A stretch of DNA of 64,000 nt from Candidatus Bathyarchaeia archaeon (lineage in GTDB: Archaea; Thermoproteota; Bathyarchaeia; Bathyarchaeales; Bathycorpusculaceae). Below, in pieces: positions 45,629-55,947 of this stretch. The stretch is taken from positions 26,871 to 90,870 of the forward strand of contig JBBFKZ010000005.1 in the NCBI GenBank assembly GCA_037481775.1. Direction: 5' to 3'. The translations under genes and the position numbers were made by a program. Position 1 is the stretch's first letter, and every line of letters starts with the position of its first letter. The notes beneath the pieces are model-generated. The model saw nothing but the letters and a program-made list of their open reading frames with translations, made no database searches and was not told the origin of the DNA.

Positions 45629-46885
45629 TTGCAGATTGGATTTCTCGGCGGAACCCGCGAAGTTGGAAGAATCGGGATAGCTGTCAAATCAGGAAAAACT
45701 AAAGTTCTATTAGACTACGGCGTAATGCTTGATCATGAACCTGGCTTTCCCATGCATATACCTCCCAAAGAAGTTGACGCTTTGATTTTAACTCACAGTC
45801 ACCTTGATCATTCGGGTGCCCTTCCAATATTTTATATTGCCAATAAAATGCCCTTATACACGAACAGGCTTAACTTGGAATTAACACAAATTCTGATTCA
45901 AGACTTCATCAGGCTTTCAGGCTACTTTCTCCCCTTTGAATACTTGGAATTGAAGGCAATGATGCAAAGCAACAAGCATTTGGATTTCAGCGTTGAAGAA
46001 AAGGTAGGCGACATCAGCTTTCAGCTTTTGAACGCTGGGCATACGCCTGGAAGTGCTCAAGTTTTGATTAATGCAGAAGGTAAAAGACTGCTCTATACAG
46101 GAGATTTCAACATTGCTGACAGTAAACTCTTAGCAGGCGCCACTATGAGCTATGGTGACTTGGACGCTGTAATCATTGAAAGCACCTACGCAAACGAGGA
46201 TCACGAGGATCGTGCAACACTGGAAAAACGCTTTGTGGAATCCGCCATTGAAGTGGTTGAGCGAGGCGGCACCGTTCTTGTGCCCGCCTTCGGCGTTGGC
46301 AGATCCCAAGAGATAGCCTGCGTTCTGGCTGCGCATCACTTTGAATATCCTGTTTTCTTAGATGGTATGGCCCGTGAGGCTAGCAGGATAATAATGAACC
46401 ATAAAGAGTTCTTGAGAGATCCCAAACTATTTATGAACGCTATGCACTCGGTTGATTGGGTTGACGGTTGGCGCGACCGCCGAAAAGCCGTCAAAACTCC
46501 AGGCGTGATTATTTCAACCGCTGGCATGCTGAAAGGCGGACCCGCAACCTTTTACCTATCAAAAATCGGGAAAAAAGCCAGCAACGCCGTTTTCCTAGTA
46601 AGCTACCAGATCCCCGGGACACCTGGAAGAGAACTTTTGGACAAGGGCGTGTGCACGATTGATGGCAAAGTGCGTAAGGTTAAAGCGCATTACGAGCACT
46701 TTGACTTCTCTTCTCACTGTGGCGCCAGCCAACTTAAAGAAGCCCTGAGGCGGTTAGGTGGACACCCGAAGGTTTTTGTTGTCCACGGTGAAGAAAGCAA
46801 CTGTGAGCTTTTGGCGAATTGGGCTAAATCCGAGCTGAGCTTGGATGCTGTAGCACCGAAGACAGGCGACGTATTCGAGGTTTAA
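45629..46885 (+). CDS. Beta-CASP metallo-beta-lactamase ribonuclease (aCPSF2-like)
   Basis: THSHLDHSG, AGHTPGS, YTGD, ESTY, GRSQE, FSSH, VHGE. Confidence 0.92.
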   Translation: MQIGFLGGTREVGRIGIAVKSGKTKVLLDYGVMLDHEPGFPMHIPPKEVDALILTHSHLDHSGALPIFYIANKMPLYTNRLNLELTQILIQDFIRLSGYFLPFEYLELKAMMQSNKHLDFSVEEKVGDISFQLLNAGHTPGSAQVLINAEGKRLLYTGDFNIADSKLLAGATMSYGDLDAVIIESTYANEDHEDRATLEKRFVESAIEVVERGGTVLVPAFGVGRSQEIACVLAAHHFEYPVFLDGMAREASRIIMNHKEFLRDPKLFMNAMHSVDWVDGWRDRRKAVKTPGVIISTAGMLKGGPATFYLSKIGKKASNAVFLVSYQIPGTPGRELLDKGVCTIDGKVRKVKAHYEHFDFSSHCGASQLKEALRRLGGHPKVFVVHGEESNCELLANWAKSELSLDAVAPKTGDVFEV

Positions 46886-46894
46886 GACCTAGCT

Positions 46895-47446
46895 ATGCGG
46901 GTCGGCATCTTACCCATTGGGCATGTTGATGTTGCTGTACTAACTGGACTTGCAGAGAAGCTGCCGCGAATTTTCCCTAATACTAAGTGCATTGTGCTTG
47001 ACGAGCAAGTTTCTCTTGGAGCTGAATACTTTGACAAAAAGCGCAGGCAATACCGCTCAAACGCCATTCTAACTACAATTCAAAGTTTTGCTGCTAAACA
47101 CACAAGCTTGCACCGTGTGTTAGGTGTTGTAGACGCGGACCTTTTCGTTCCCGAGTTAAATTTTGTTTTTGGAGAAGCCTGTTGTCCTGGAAATGCTGCT
47201 TTAATATCTCTATGGCGGCTAAAACCTGAATTTTACGGCGAGGCACCTGACATCGAGCTTTTTTCTGCGCGGACACTGAAAGAGGCTGTGCATGAGCTTG
47301 GGCATACGCTTGGTTTAAGGCACTGTCCCAGCCCGTCCTGTGTCATGTACTTCTCCAATTCTATTCGCGATACTGACCGGAAGCAAAGTTTATTCTGTGA
47401 CCAATGTTACTTGCATGTCACAATAACGTGCTCCCGATTGGAGTGA
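46895..47446 (+). CDS. amzA: Archaemetzincin Zn protease
   Basis: LNFVFGEA, KEAVHELGHTLGLRHC....CVM.FSNS..DTD.K...FC..C. Confidence 0.93.
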   Translation: MRVGILPIGHVDVAVLTGLAEKLPRIFPNTKCIVLDEQVSLGAEYFDKKRRQYRSNAILTTIQSFAAKHTSLHRVLGVVDADLFVPELNFVFGEACCPGNAALISLWRLKPEFYGEAPDIELFSARTLKEAVHELGHTLGLRHCPSPSCVMYFSNSIRDTDRKQSLFCDQCYLHVTITCSRLE

Positions 47447-47452
47447 AATACT

Positions 47453-48274
47453 TTGACTAAAAAATTCACTGCTCAAATCGTATATTTGGCGCCGATACTG
47501 GCAAGTTTGTTGTTCGGCCTTGGCTGCGCCGCCCTTTTCATAACCCAGTCAGCTCCGCCTATCTCTGTTACGCCTTTTCCAGAAGAAAACCCTGTGGGGC
47601 TCTTCGGCAACGCCGTCTACTTCGTTGTTCTCGTCGCCATAAGCGCCACCATCTTTTACGTGCTGCTTAAAAAGAAAAGCCAGAAGTTGATTACATTTAT
47701 CATTGCTTTTGCTTTAACAGTCGCCGCTTTGCTGTTATCGATTATCTATTTGTCTCTGCTTTCTGCTCTTATTCCAAGCTTAGCCCTTATGGTGTTGCCT
47801 CTGTCAATCGCCATAGCTGCCATTTTCGACCTTGCCGTTTTCCGCTTTGGCGGCAAAGCCCGCAACATCGCGGTTATCTGCCTCGGCGGGGCGCTTGGAG
47901 CATTCTTCGGAAACTACGTGCCCCTTCTAAGCGCAACGCTGATTCTTATCTTCTTAGCGGTTTACGACGTATTCGCGGTTTACTATGGACCAGTAGGCAA
48001 AATAGCCCATTTAGGCCTTGACCAGCTTCACGGCTTAAGCTACTCTTTCAAGGAGATGCAAATGGGACTAGGCGACCTTGTCTTTTACTCCATGCTCGCC
48101 GGAAGCATGCTCTTCAACTTCGGCCTACTAGCCTGCGCTGCTTCGCTCTTCGGAATTTTAGCCGGCGCCTACCTAACGCTCGTCATGCTCGAGAAAAAGG
48201 GCATGTTCCCAGGTCTGCCCTTCCCGATCCTTTTCGGGCTCGCCAGTGGCCTGCTCTCGGCGCTTCTGTTTTAG
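47453..48274 (+). CDS. Presenilin/SPP-like GxGD intramembrane aspartyl protease
   Basis: AVYD..AV, MGLGDLVFYS, PGLP motifs in a multi-TM protein. Confidence 0.88.
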   Translation: MTKKFTAQIVYLAPILASLLFGLGCAALFITQSAPPISVTPFPEENPVGLFGNAVYFVVLVAISATIFYVLLKKKSQKLITFIIAFALTVAALLLSIIYLSLLSALIPSLALMVLPLSIAIAAIFDLAVFRFGGKARNIAVICLGGALGAFFGNYVPLLSATLILIFLAVYDVFAVYYGPVGKIAHLGLDQLHGLSYSFKEMQMGLGDLVFYSMLAGSMLFNFGLLACAASLFGILAGAYLTLVMLEKKGMFPGLPFPILFGLASGLLSALLF

Positions 48275-48381
48275 CATAGAATGATTATTGTAATGATAGC
48301 TGAAGAAGCACTTTTATGACAAAGCTAAAAAGGGGCGCTCGCTTATCTCACACTACACAATTGAAGTTTGGAGGAAAGCGC

Positions 48382-49314
48382 TTGTTTGACGCCAAAAAAT
48401 TCGTTGAAAACGCATTAAAAGAAATACGCGAAGCCGTCGGCGACCGAAAGGTAATTTCCGCCTGTTCAGGAGGCGTTGACAGCACAGTTACCACCGTACT
48501 AGTGCACAAGGCAGTAGGCGACAAGCTACTGGCAGTTTTCATAGATGACGGTTTAAGGCGGGAAGGAGAACCAGAATTTGTCGTAAACACTCTCAAGAGC
48601 TTAGGCATCAAAACCAAATACATCGATGCGAAAGCCGAGTTTTTCGCAGCGCTGAAGGGCAAAACAGATGCAGAGGAAAAGCGGAAAGCGTTCCGCGATA
48701 AATTCTACAAGACCCTGGGCAAAGCAGCCAAGGAAGAGCAAATCGAATTCATCGCGCAAGGCACCATTAAAGCCGACGTGGTGGAAACAGTTCAAGGAAT
48801 AAAGTCCCAGCATAACGTGCTGGAGCAGATAGGCATAAACCCTGAGATTTACGGCTACAAAATCCTTGAGCCGTTAAAAGAGCTTTTCAAACCCGAAGTC
48901 CGCCAAGTAGCCCGCGCGCTCGGTTTGCCACAGGAAATCTCTGAGCGAATGCCCTTCCCAGGACCAGCTTTATCGCTTAGAGTGCTCGGCGAAGTAACGC
49001 CAGAAAGAGTCGCCATCGTCCGCAAAGCCACTCAAATCGTGGAAGAGGAAACCAGAAAGCTGGGAACCTTCCAGAACTTCGCTGTGCTCCACAGCGACAA
49101 AGCCACGGGCATCAAAGACGGCAAAAGAGTCTACGGCAACATCATCACCATCAGAATAGTCGAGTCAAAGGATGCCGTAACCGCCAAAGCGCATGAGGTT
49201 CCCTATAGCGTGCTTAAACGTATTTCCCAGCGGGTAACCAGCGAAATCCCCACCGTCGTCAGATGCCTCTACGACATCACGGATAAACCGCCGGCAACCA
49301 TAGAATTCGAATAG
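48382..49314 (+). CDS. guaA: GMP synthase, ATP pyrophosphatase subunit B
   Basis: SGGVDS, QGTI..DVVE, IKSQHNV, LFK.EVR, PFPGP, YDITDKPPATIEFE; no GATase domain. Confidence 0.95.
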   Translation: MFDAKKFVENALKEIREAVGDRKVISACSGGVDSTVTTVLVHKAVGDKLLAVFIDDGLRREGEPEFVVNTLKSLGIKTKYIDAKAEFFAALKGKTDAEEKRKAFRDKFYKTLGKAAKEEQIEFIAQGTIKADVVETVQGIKSQHNVLEQIGINPEIYGYKILEPLKELFKPEVRQVARALGLPQEISERMPFPGPALSLRVLGEVTPERVAIVRKATQIVEEETRKLGTFQNFAVLHSDKATGIKDGKRVYGNIITIRIVESKDAVTAKAHEVPYSVLKRISQRVTSEIPTVVRCLYDITDKPPATIEFE

Positions 49315-49380
49315 AATCCACTACTCCTCTAATTTTTTAAAACGTTTACGCAAAAAGAAAAAGAGGATTCTGTTTCAGCT

Positions 49381-49740
49381 TTAAATTAGGCTAAAGCCGA
49401 TTATGGCTATGCCAACGATGATGCCTATTATCACCGCTATTACTACCCATATCAGTATAGCCACTATGGCTATCGCAAGCGCGCGTAGCCAGCCCGTGTC
49501 AAAGAAATGCTTCACAAGCGCCAGCCAAATAAACAGCACAATCAAGGATGCAATTACTCCTGAAAAGAAATATTGAAAAGCACCGCCGATTAATGTTCCA
49601 AGAACCACAATCCAGACGGCATCAGTAAACTTTGCCTTATCTTTGCCCGCCAAGAGCCGACCAGAAATCCACAGCACCGGCGACAGAATAATTATGTTAA
49701 CTATCAACTGTATTATCAGCGTATCCAAATTGATTGCCAC
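49381..49740 (-). CDS. Hypothetical membrane protein
   Basis: Four TM segments, K.FFDTGW..A motif; start inferred. Confidence 0.75.
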   Translation of the reverse strand: MAINLDTLIIQLIVNIIILSPVLWISGRLLAGKDKAKFTDAVWIVVLGTLIGGAFQYFFSGVIASLIVLFIWLALVKHFFDTGWLRALAIAIVAILIWVVIAVIIGIIVGIAIIGFSLI

Positions 49741-49831
49741 TTCTAACCCCCCACAACATCCATATTTACGCGATATCGCATTTAAAATCTTCCCAACAAT
49801 AGAAACGCTGCAAGCCACAAAGGTTTATAGG

Positions 49832-50956
49832 TTAAAAACTAAATCTGCCTTTTTTGGACTTAACTTCCTGATTAAATTCTTCTGCCAACTGCTCCAGTAG
49901 TGCGCGTTGCCTTGGCGTCAGTTTCTCTGGAACCGAAATTCCAATGCGCACTAATAAGTCGCCTCTGCCATAACCCCTAAAACGCGGCATACCCTTGCCT
50001 TTCAAGCGGATAATCTCGCCTGGCTGCGTTCCTGGGCGAATGTGCACAGTTGTCGGTCCATCTAAAGTGGGAACGGGCACTTCTGCACCGAGAGCTGCCT
50101 GTGGATAACCAATCGTCAGCACGTACCATAGATCATCGCCTTCTCGCATGAACAACTTGTGCGGTGCAATGTGGACGAGCACGTAAAGGTCTCCTGGCTC
50201 GCCGCCATTGGGCGCCATTTCGCCTTCTCCGCGCAGCCTCAGCTGATAACCCTCGTCGATGCCCGCTGGGATCTTCACACTTATCTTTCGGCGTTTCTTC
50301 ATGAGTCCTGTGCCATGGCAGTTCTTGCAAGGTGAATCAATTACTGTGCCTTTTCCGCGACATGTATCACACGGCGTTACTTGCACGTACATGGCGAAGC
50401 TGCTTCTTCGCATGTGCTGAACCTTCCCGCTGCCGCCGCATCTTGGGCATGTACGTGGTGAAGTGCCTGGGCTGGCGCCTGAACCGCCGCAGACATCGCA
50501 CTTCTCGGTTCTCGGCACCGAAATTTCCTTCTCGGCTCCTCTGGCCGCCTCCTCTAGTGTTATTTCCAGCTCGTAGACAAGGTCTTCTCCGCGGTTTATT
50601 CGCTCTTCAAAATCGCTTCCGCCGAATCCGCCGAAGAATGTGCGGAAGAAGTCGCCGAAGCCGAAGCCTAAATCTCGGAATATCGATTCGAAATCTACGC
50701 CGCGGAAAATATCTTCTGTGGTGTAGCGTTGGTCGAAGCCTGCGTGGCCAAGAAGGTCGTATTGCCTCCGTTTTTCGTCGTCGGATAGAACTGCATAGGC
50801 TTCTGAGATTTCCTTGAATTTCTCTTCTGCGTCTGGTGACTTGTTTCTGTCAGGGTGATACTGTAGTGCAAGTTTTCTGTAGGCATCTTTAATTTCTTCT
50901 TTAGTTGCGTTTCTGGAGACACCGAGAATCTCGTAGTAATCTCTTTTTTCAGGCAT
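49832..50956 (-). CDS. dnaJ: Chaperone DnaJ
   Basis: J domain with HPD, G/F region, four CxxCxGxG repeats. Confidence 0.97.
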   Translation of the reverse strand: MPEKRDYYEILGVSRNATKEEIKDAYRKLALQYHPDRNKSPDAEEKFKEISEAYAVLSDDEKRRQYDLLGHAGFDQRYTTEDIFRGVDFESIFRDLGFGFGDFFRTFFGGFGGSDFEERINRGEDLVYELEITLEEAARGAEKEISVPRTEKCDVCGGSGASPGTSPRTCPRCGGSGKVQHMRRSSFAMYVQVTPCDTCRGKGTVIDSPCKNCHGTGLMKKRRKISVKIPAGIDEGYQLRLRGEGEMAPNGGEPGDLYVLVHIAPHKLFMREGDDLWYVLTIGYPQAALGAEVPVPTLDGPTTVHIRPGTQPGEIIRLKGKGMPRFRGYGRGDLLVRIGISVPEKLTPRQRALLEQLAEEFNQEVKSKKGRFSF

Positions 50957-51011
50957 TGCACTTTACCGCTAAATTCGAAATATAGTATGTTAGTGAAAAC
51001 TGTTTCGGCGA

Positions 51012-52895
51012 CTACTTCACTTTATAGTCATCTGCATCAACAACTTTGCTTTTGTCCGCTGCGCCTCCTGCTGCTTCTGCTCCTGCACCTGAAGGTCCGG
51101 GTTGTCCCTTCTGTTTAGCGTATTCTGCTGCTGCCTGCTGGTAGATTATTGTGCCCACTTCCTGAAGCACCTTCTGCAGCTCTTCCGTCTTAGCTTTCAC
51201 CTTCGTCATGTCATTGCTGGCTAACGCATCCTTCAGCGCCGTGACTGCCGCGTCTATTCGGCCTATCTGCTCTTGTGTCAGTTTGTCTGTTAAGTCTTTC
51301 TTGGTTTTCTCAGCCGTGTACAGTAGGCTGTCCGCGTTGTTCCTCAACTCTGCTTCTTCCCGCTTCTTTCGATCCTGCTCAGCGAACTGCTCTGCTTCTT
51401 TGATGAGGCGTTCCTTTTCCTCTTTAGACAGCTTCGTCGAAGCGGTTATTGTGATTTTAGCTTCTTTCCCAGTTCCCAAGTCCTTAGCGGTTACGTTGAG
51501 TATGCCGTTTGCATCAATGTCGAATGTGACTTCTATCTGTGGAACACCTCTAGGCGCCGGCGGGATACCTGTCAAGTGGAACATTCCAAGTGACACGTTG
51601 TCCGCGGCCATTGCCCGCTCGCCTTGCAACACATGTATTGTAACTGTGGTTTGGAAGTCTGCTGCTGTGGTGAAAATCTGGCTGCGCCTTGTAGGTATGG
51701 TTGTGTTTCTCTCAATTATTTTTGTGAAAACACCACCCAATGTTTCAACGCCCAGCGATAGCGGCGTAACATCCAGTAAAAGCAAGTCGGTTACTTCGCC
51801 TGTGAGAACTGCACCCTGTATTGCCGCGCCGACGGCGACACATTCCATTGGGTCAACGCCGCGCTCCACGGGCTTGCCCATTATTTGCTCCACAAACCGC
51901 TGCACAAGCGGCATCCGCGTCATACCGCCGATGAGTATTATCTTGTCTATGTCCTTGGGCGTTAGCTTTGCGTCTTCCAGTGCTTTCATGATTGTTCTGC
52001 CTGTTTTCTCAATTACAGGCTGCGCTAAGGCTTCTAGCTTGGCGCGGGTAAGCGTGAGATGCAAGTGTTTGGGTCCTGTGCTATCTGAAGCGATGAACGG
52101 CAAATCGATGTCCGTGCTCATCAACGTCGATAATTCAATCTTTGCTTTTTCCGCAGCTTCTTTAAGCCTTGTCATGGCCATTTTGTCGCCTGTAAGGTCG
52201 ATGCCCGTCTGCCTCTTGAACTCGTCGATGATGTATTCCATGATGGCCTTGTCCACATCCATGCCGCCGATTTGTGTATCACCGCTTGTGCTGAGCACTT
52301 GGAAAACGCCCTTGCCGAAATCCATCACTGTGACATCATGGGTTCCGCCGCCGAAGCTGAAGACCAAAATCTTCATTTCTTTGTCTAGTTTATCTACGCC
52401 GTAAGCGAGACAAGCCGCAGTTGGCTCGTTAAGGATGCGCATCACTTCGAAGCCTGCGATTTCGCCTGCGTCCTTTGTGGCTTGCCGCTGGTTATCGTCA
52501 AAGTGCGCTGGAACGGTTATGACTGCCTTGCGTATCGGCGTGCCCAAATAGGTTTCTGCGTCCCGCTTAATCTTCTGCAGTATGAACGCGGAGATCTGCT
52601 GTGGCGTGTACTCCTTCCCGAAAACATTCACCTTATAATTGGTTCCCATCTTTCGCTTTATCTCAAAAATTGTTCCTTCAGGGTTAGCAGCTGCTTGCCG
52701 CTTTGCTGGTTCACCGACAAGCAACTGCCCATCTTTGGTGAAGGCAACCACTGACGGAAACATTTTTCCCGCCATGGTTGGGCCTTCAGCGCTTGGAATA
52801 ACAGTTGCGCGGCCGCCTTCGAATATGGCGGCAGCAGAGTTTGTAGTGCCTAAGTCAATGCCTAATACTTTTTCAGTCGATTTAGTGCCACTCAT
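51012..52895 (-). CDS. dnaK: Chaperone DnaK
   Basis: [14 protein letters not shown]...[22 protein letters not shown]. Confidence 0.98.
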   Translation of the reverse strand: MSGTKSTEKVLGIDLGTTNSAAAIFEGGRATVIPSAEGPTMAGKMFPSVVAFTKDGQLLVGEPAKRQAAANPEGTIFEIKRKMGTNYKVNVFGKEYTPQQISAFILQKIKRDAETYLGTPIRKAVITVPAHFDDNQRQATKDAGEIAGFEVMRILNEPTAACLAYGVDKLDKEMKILVFSFGGGTHDVTVMDFGKGVFQVLSTSGDTQIGGMDVDKAIMEYIIDEFKRQTGIDLTGDKMAMTRLKEAAEKAKIELSTLMSTDIDLPFIASDSTGPKHLHLTLTRAKLEALAQPVIEKTGRTIMKALEDAKLTPKDIDKIILIGGMTRMPLVQRFVEQIMGKPVERGVDPMECVAVGAAIQGAVLTGEVTDLLLLDVTPLSLGVETLGGVFTKIIERNTTIPTRRSQIFTTAADFQTTVTIHVLQGERAMAADNVSLGMFHLTGIPPAPRGVPQIEVTFDIDANGILNVTAKDLGTGKEAKITITASTKLSKEEKERLIKEAEQFAEQDRKKREEAELRNNADSLLYTAEKTKKDLTDKLTQEQIGRIDAAVTALKDALASNDMTKVKAKTEELQKVLQEVGTIIYQQAAAEYAKQKGQPGPSGAGAEAAGGAADKSKVVDADDYKVK

Positions 52896-53419
52896 GCCTT
52901 ATCATCCTCCTTCTTTTGTGATTTTAGTGACTTTGAAACTTTGACGATGCTTGGTCTGATGACCTTCCCTTTCATTCTATATCCTCTTCTTACTTCCTCA
53001 ACTATAACGTTCTCTTCAACGCCGTCCTGTTCGACGGCGGCAACAACCTGATGGCACGAGGGGTCGAAAGCTTTGCCTTTTTCGCACTCTATAGGACAAA
53101 CACCTTCTTGCTCAAGAATTTTTCTCAACTTCTTTAGCGTCATCTGCACGCCCTCAATAAGCGGCTGCGCTGAATTGGCTGATTGCGCTGTTTTAAGTGC
53201 CATTTCCAACTCGTCCTGAACATCTAAAAGTTGAATAACAAGGCGTTCTGTGCAGTAATTTTTAATCTCTTCAATCTGGCGGTCAACGCGCTTCTTCAGA
53301 TTCTCAAAGTCAGCCTGCAAATACTTTAGTCGCGTCAAGTAATCTTCTGAACGCTTTTTCTCCGCATCTAATAGCTTTTGAAGATCTGCAGTCTGCTCTT
53401 TTTTCTCTTCAGTCATCAA
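52892..53419 (-). CDS. grpE: Nucleotide exchange factor GrpE
   Basis: [17 protein letters not shown]....KVIRP..V.V. Confidence 0.95.
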   Translation of the reverse strand: MMTEEKKEQTADLQKLLDAEKKRSEDYLTRLKYLQADFENLKKRVDRQIEEIKNYCTERLVIQLLDVQDELEMALKTAQSANSAQPLIEGVQMTLKKLRKILEQEGVCPIECEKGKAFDPSCHQVVAAVEQDGVEENVIVEEVRRGYRMKGKVIRPSIVKVSKSLKSQKKEDDKA

Positions 53420-53547
53420 AGCCGCCTCTTGATAGGTTGCCTAGAAAAAATTAGCTTACTACAAACAAAAATATAAGTTTCGCTCTGTTTTAAACGAAAC
53501 TTTAAACGGAGAATAAGCGTATCTAAGCAAAAAGGAGACAGAAGTGT

Positions 53548-54468
53548 TTGCGTAACAACTCGTTAGGCATCAGCGTTGCTGGCTTGCAGCTCAAAAACCC
53601 CTCGATGTTAGCCTCTGGCATCCTCGGTTACACCACCGCCTCGCTAAAAAGTATCGCCGAAAATGGCGCGAGCGCTGTCGTCACAAAATCCATTGGGATA
53701 AAATCGCGTGCTGGGTACCCAAATCCCACTGTAGTCCAAGCAAAATGCGGTCTCATAAATGCCATGGGTCTTCCCAACCCAGGAATAAACAGCTACATAA
53801 GCGAAATTCGCCATGCAAAAACTGTTCTAACCGTGCCTCTAATCGTAAGCGTTTACGGCTTTTCAGCTGAGGAATATGCGGAAACAGCCCAGACGGCTGC
53901 TGAAGCCGGCGCGGACGCCGTAGAGCTTAATGTTTCATGTCCACATGTCAAAGAAACAGGCTTAGAAATTGGGCAAAACCCCAAGGTTCTCGCTGACGTT
54001 GTTAGAAAAGTTAAGGCTAAAGTACGAAAACCCGTCATCGTTAAACTTTCTCCAAACGTAACCGACATAACAGAATTAGCTGAAGCCGCTGCTGAAGCAG
54101 GTGCCGACGCCCTGACAGCCATAAACACTCTCCGCGCAATAGCTATAGACGTTGAAACTTTGCGGCCAATCCTGAGTAACAAGCGCGGTGGGCTTTCAGG
54201 TCCAGCAGTAAAGCCTGTAGCCTTAAGATGCGTTTATGACATCTACGAGAAGGTGAAGGTTCCCTTAATCGGCTGTGGCGGTATAACCGACTGGCGTGAC
54301 GCTGTAGAATTTATTCTCGCAGGCGCCTCTGCCGTCCAAATAGGAACTGCTGTTGCGCTAAAAAGCCCTGCCGTGTTTAAGGACATTAACCGCGGCATAA
54401 GCGCTTATTTGAAAAAGAAAAAATTCGGGAGTGTAAAAGAACTTGTCGGTCTCGCTCACCGCAACTAA
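53548..54468 (+). CDS. pyrD: Dihydroorotate dehydrogenase B, catalytic subunit
   Basis: LKNP.MLASG, NAMGL.NPG, ELNVSCPH, KLSPN, GGLSG.AVKP. Confidence 0.96.
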   Translation: MRNNSLGISVAGLQLKNPSMLASGILGYTTASLKSIAENGASAVVTKSIGIKSRAGYPNPTVVQAKCGLINAMGLPNPGINSYISEIRHAKTVLTVPLIVSVYGFSAEEYAETAQTAAEAGADAVELNVSCPHVKETGLEIGQNPKVLADVVRKVKAKVRKPVIVKLSPNVTDITELAEAAAEAGADALTAINTLRAIAIDVETLRPILSNKRGGLSGPAVKPVALRCVYDIYEKVKVPLIGCGGITDWRDAVEFILAGASAVQIGTAVALKSPAVFKDINRGISAYLKKKKFGSVKELVGLAHRN

Positions 54469-55261
54469 CACTTTACGCATCACTCGCGTATCCAATATAA
54501 AAGTCGAAAGCCCCACGGTCAAAACCTTTACCTTTGCAGATAAGCTCTGCGCAAAAGCTAAGCCAGGCCAGTTTCTGATGCTCTGGATACCAGGCGTAGA
54601 CGAGATTCCACTGAGCATAATGGACACTGAAGGCAGCAGCGTCTCCGTTTCCGTCAAGGCAGTTGGTGAAGCCACGCGTGCCTTGCATGGAATGAAGATT
54701 GGCGAAATGTTGGGTTTGCGCGGGCCATTCGGAAGCTTCTTCACCGAAAACCACGGCAGCATCCTAATGGTTGGCGGCGGCACAGGCGTTGCGCCATTGC
54801 TATTTTTAGCCAAGAATCTATCTGCAAAAGCTAAGCGTTTAATGCTTGTCATAGGCGCAAAAACAAAAAGCGAACTGCTATTTCTACCTCAGTTCACGGC
54901 GTTATGCTCTAAACAATGCACAATAGCTACAACTGAAGACGGCAGCTACGGTCTCAAATGCTTGGCAACCGAACCCCTGAAAGCGCTTCTTGAAAAAGAA
55001 CAGTTTGATATGATTTACGCTTGTGGACCGGAGCCAATGATACGCCAAGTTTTCTTCCTTGCAGAGAAGCATGGAATTCCGATGGAAGCCAGCTTGGAGC
55101 GGCTGATGCGTTGCGGCATAGGATTATGCGGAAGCTGCGTGATAGGCAAGTACCGCGTCTGCAGAGACGGTCCAGTTTTCAATGCTGAACAGCTACGCGA
55201 GGTTAAAGGCGAGCTTGGCGTTTCAAAATTAGATTTCTGCGGTAACAAGTTACTATTCTAG
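54443..55261 (+). CDS. pyrK: Dihydroorotate dehydrogenase electron transfer subunit
   Basis: PGQF.M.WIPG, RGPFG, GGG.G.AP, ACGP, M.CGIG.CGSC...VC.DGPVF. Confidence 0.95.
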   Translation: MSVSLTATNTLRITRVSNIKVESPTVKTFTFADKLCAKAKPGQFLMLWIPGVDEIPLSIMDTEGSSVSVSVKAVGEATRALHGMKIGEMLGLRGPFGSFFTENHGSILMVGGGTGVAPLLFLAKNLSAKAKRLMLVIGAKTKSELLFLPQFTALCSKQCTIATTEDGSYGLKCLATEPLKALLEKEQFDMIYACGPEPMIRQVFFLAEKHGIPMEASLERLMRCGIGLCGSCVIGKYRVCRDGPVFNAEQLREVKGELGVSKLDFCGNKLLF

Positions 55262-55279
55262 GCTCTGGCGGTTTCAGAA

Positions 55280-55786
55280 ATGCCTTTAACTCCGTTTCAT
55301 GGCCTTGCCGTGCTTTCTCTATACTTCAGGCGAAAGAGAACAATTGACCCGCTTGCGTTATCTGCCTCAGCTACCATTGTAGATTTGGAGCCGCTCTACT
55401 ACCTTCTAATTGGAGAACCGCTAGATCATCAAATTTGGCATGGCTTCGCGCTTGTACTAACTGTTTACAACATTTTAATTGCTGTTGCCGTGTATGTCGT
55501 GGAACGGTTTTTTGAGAGTACGCTCTTGTCCACGTATAATGCCCTACGGCTTAAGTCGCCTAGAGTCCGATACCCTTTGAGAAACATTTACCTTTGTTGT
55601 CTATTTGGCGGTTTCAGCCACATCTTCTTTGACATGTTCACCCATGAGCAGATGCCATACCTGATTTACCCGCTATTTTTCGGCAACCCCTTTTACCTTG
55701 GTCAAGCATCCGTAATAGTCGAAGCTTTAGTTGTTGCTTTGGCGCTCTATTCAGTTTTTTGCTGGAAGGAAACAGCGGAAATTTGA
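55280..55786 (+). CDS. Membrane-bound metal-dependent hydrolase (DUF4184/YdjM-like)
   Basis: MP.TPFH, D.E, H...H, SHIFFD.FTH motifs. Confidence 0.75.
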   Translation: MPLTPFHGLAVLSLYFRRKRTIDPLALSASATIVDLEPLYYLLIGEPLDHQIWHGFALVLTVYNILIAVAVYVVERFFESTLLSTYNALRLKSPRVRYPLRNIYLCCLFGGFSHIFFDMFTHEQMPYLIYPLFFGNPFYLGQASVIVEALVVALALYSVFCWKETAEI

Positions 55787-55947
55787 TTAGCGTCACGGCT
55801 TGTTGTCGCCTACCCTGCGTGGTTTGTGGCTGTACGCGTGTAGAAATGGTTAAGGCGGAATTAGAAGTCCCTTCTGTCAGGCAATTTTAGTCCAAGCAGT
55901 TTTGAAGTGGAATATGCGCTTTGAGAAATGAAAAAGGGAAACGGCGT

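Noticed and set aside
51208-52404. 398-aa ORF antisense to dnaK
   Set aside because: Well-known shadow ORF on the dnaK antisense strand; no independent motifs
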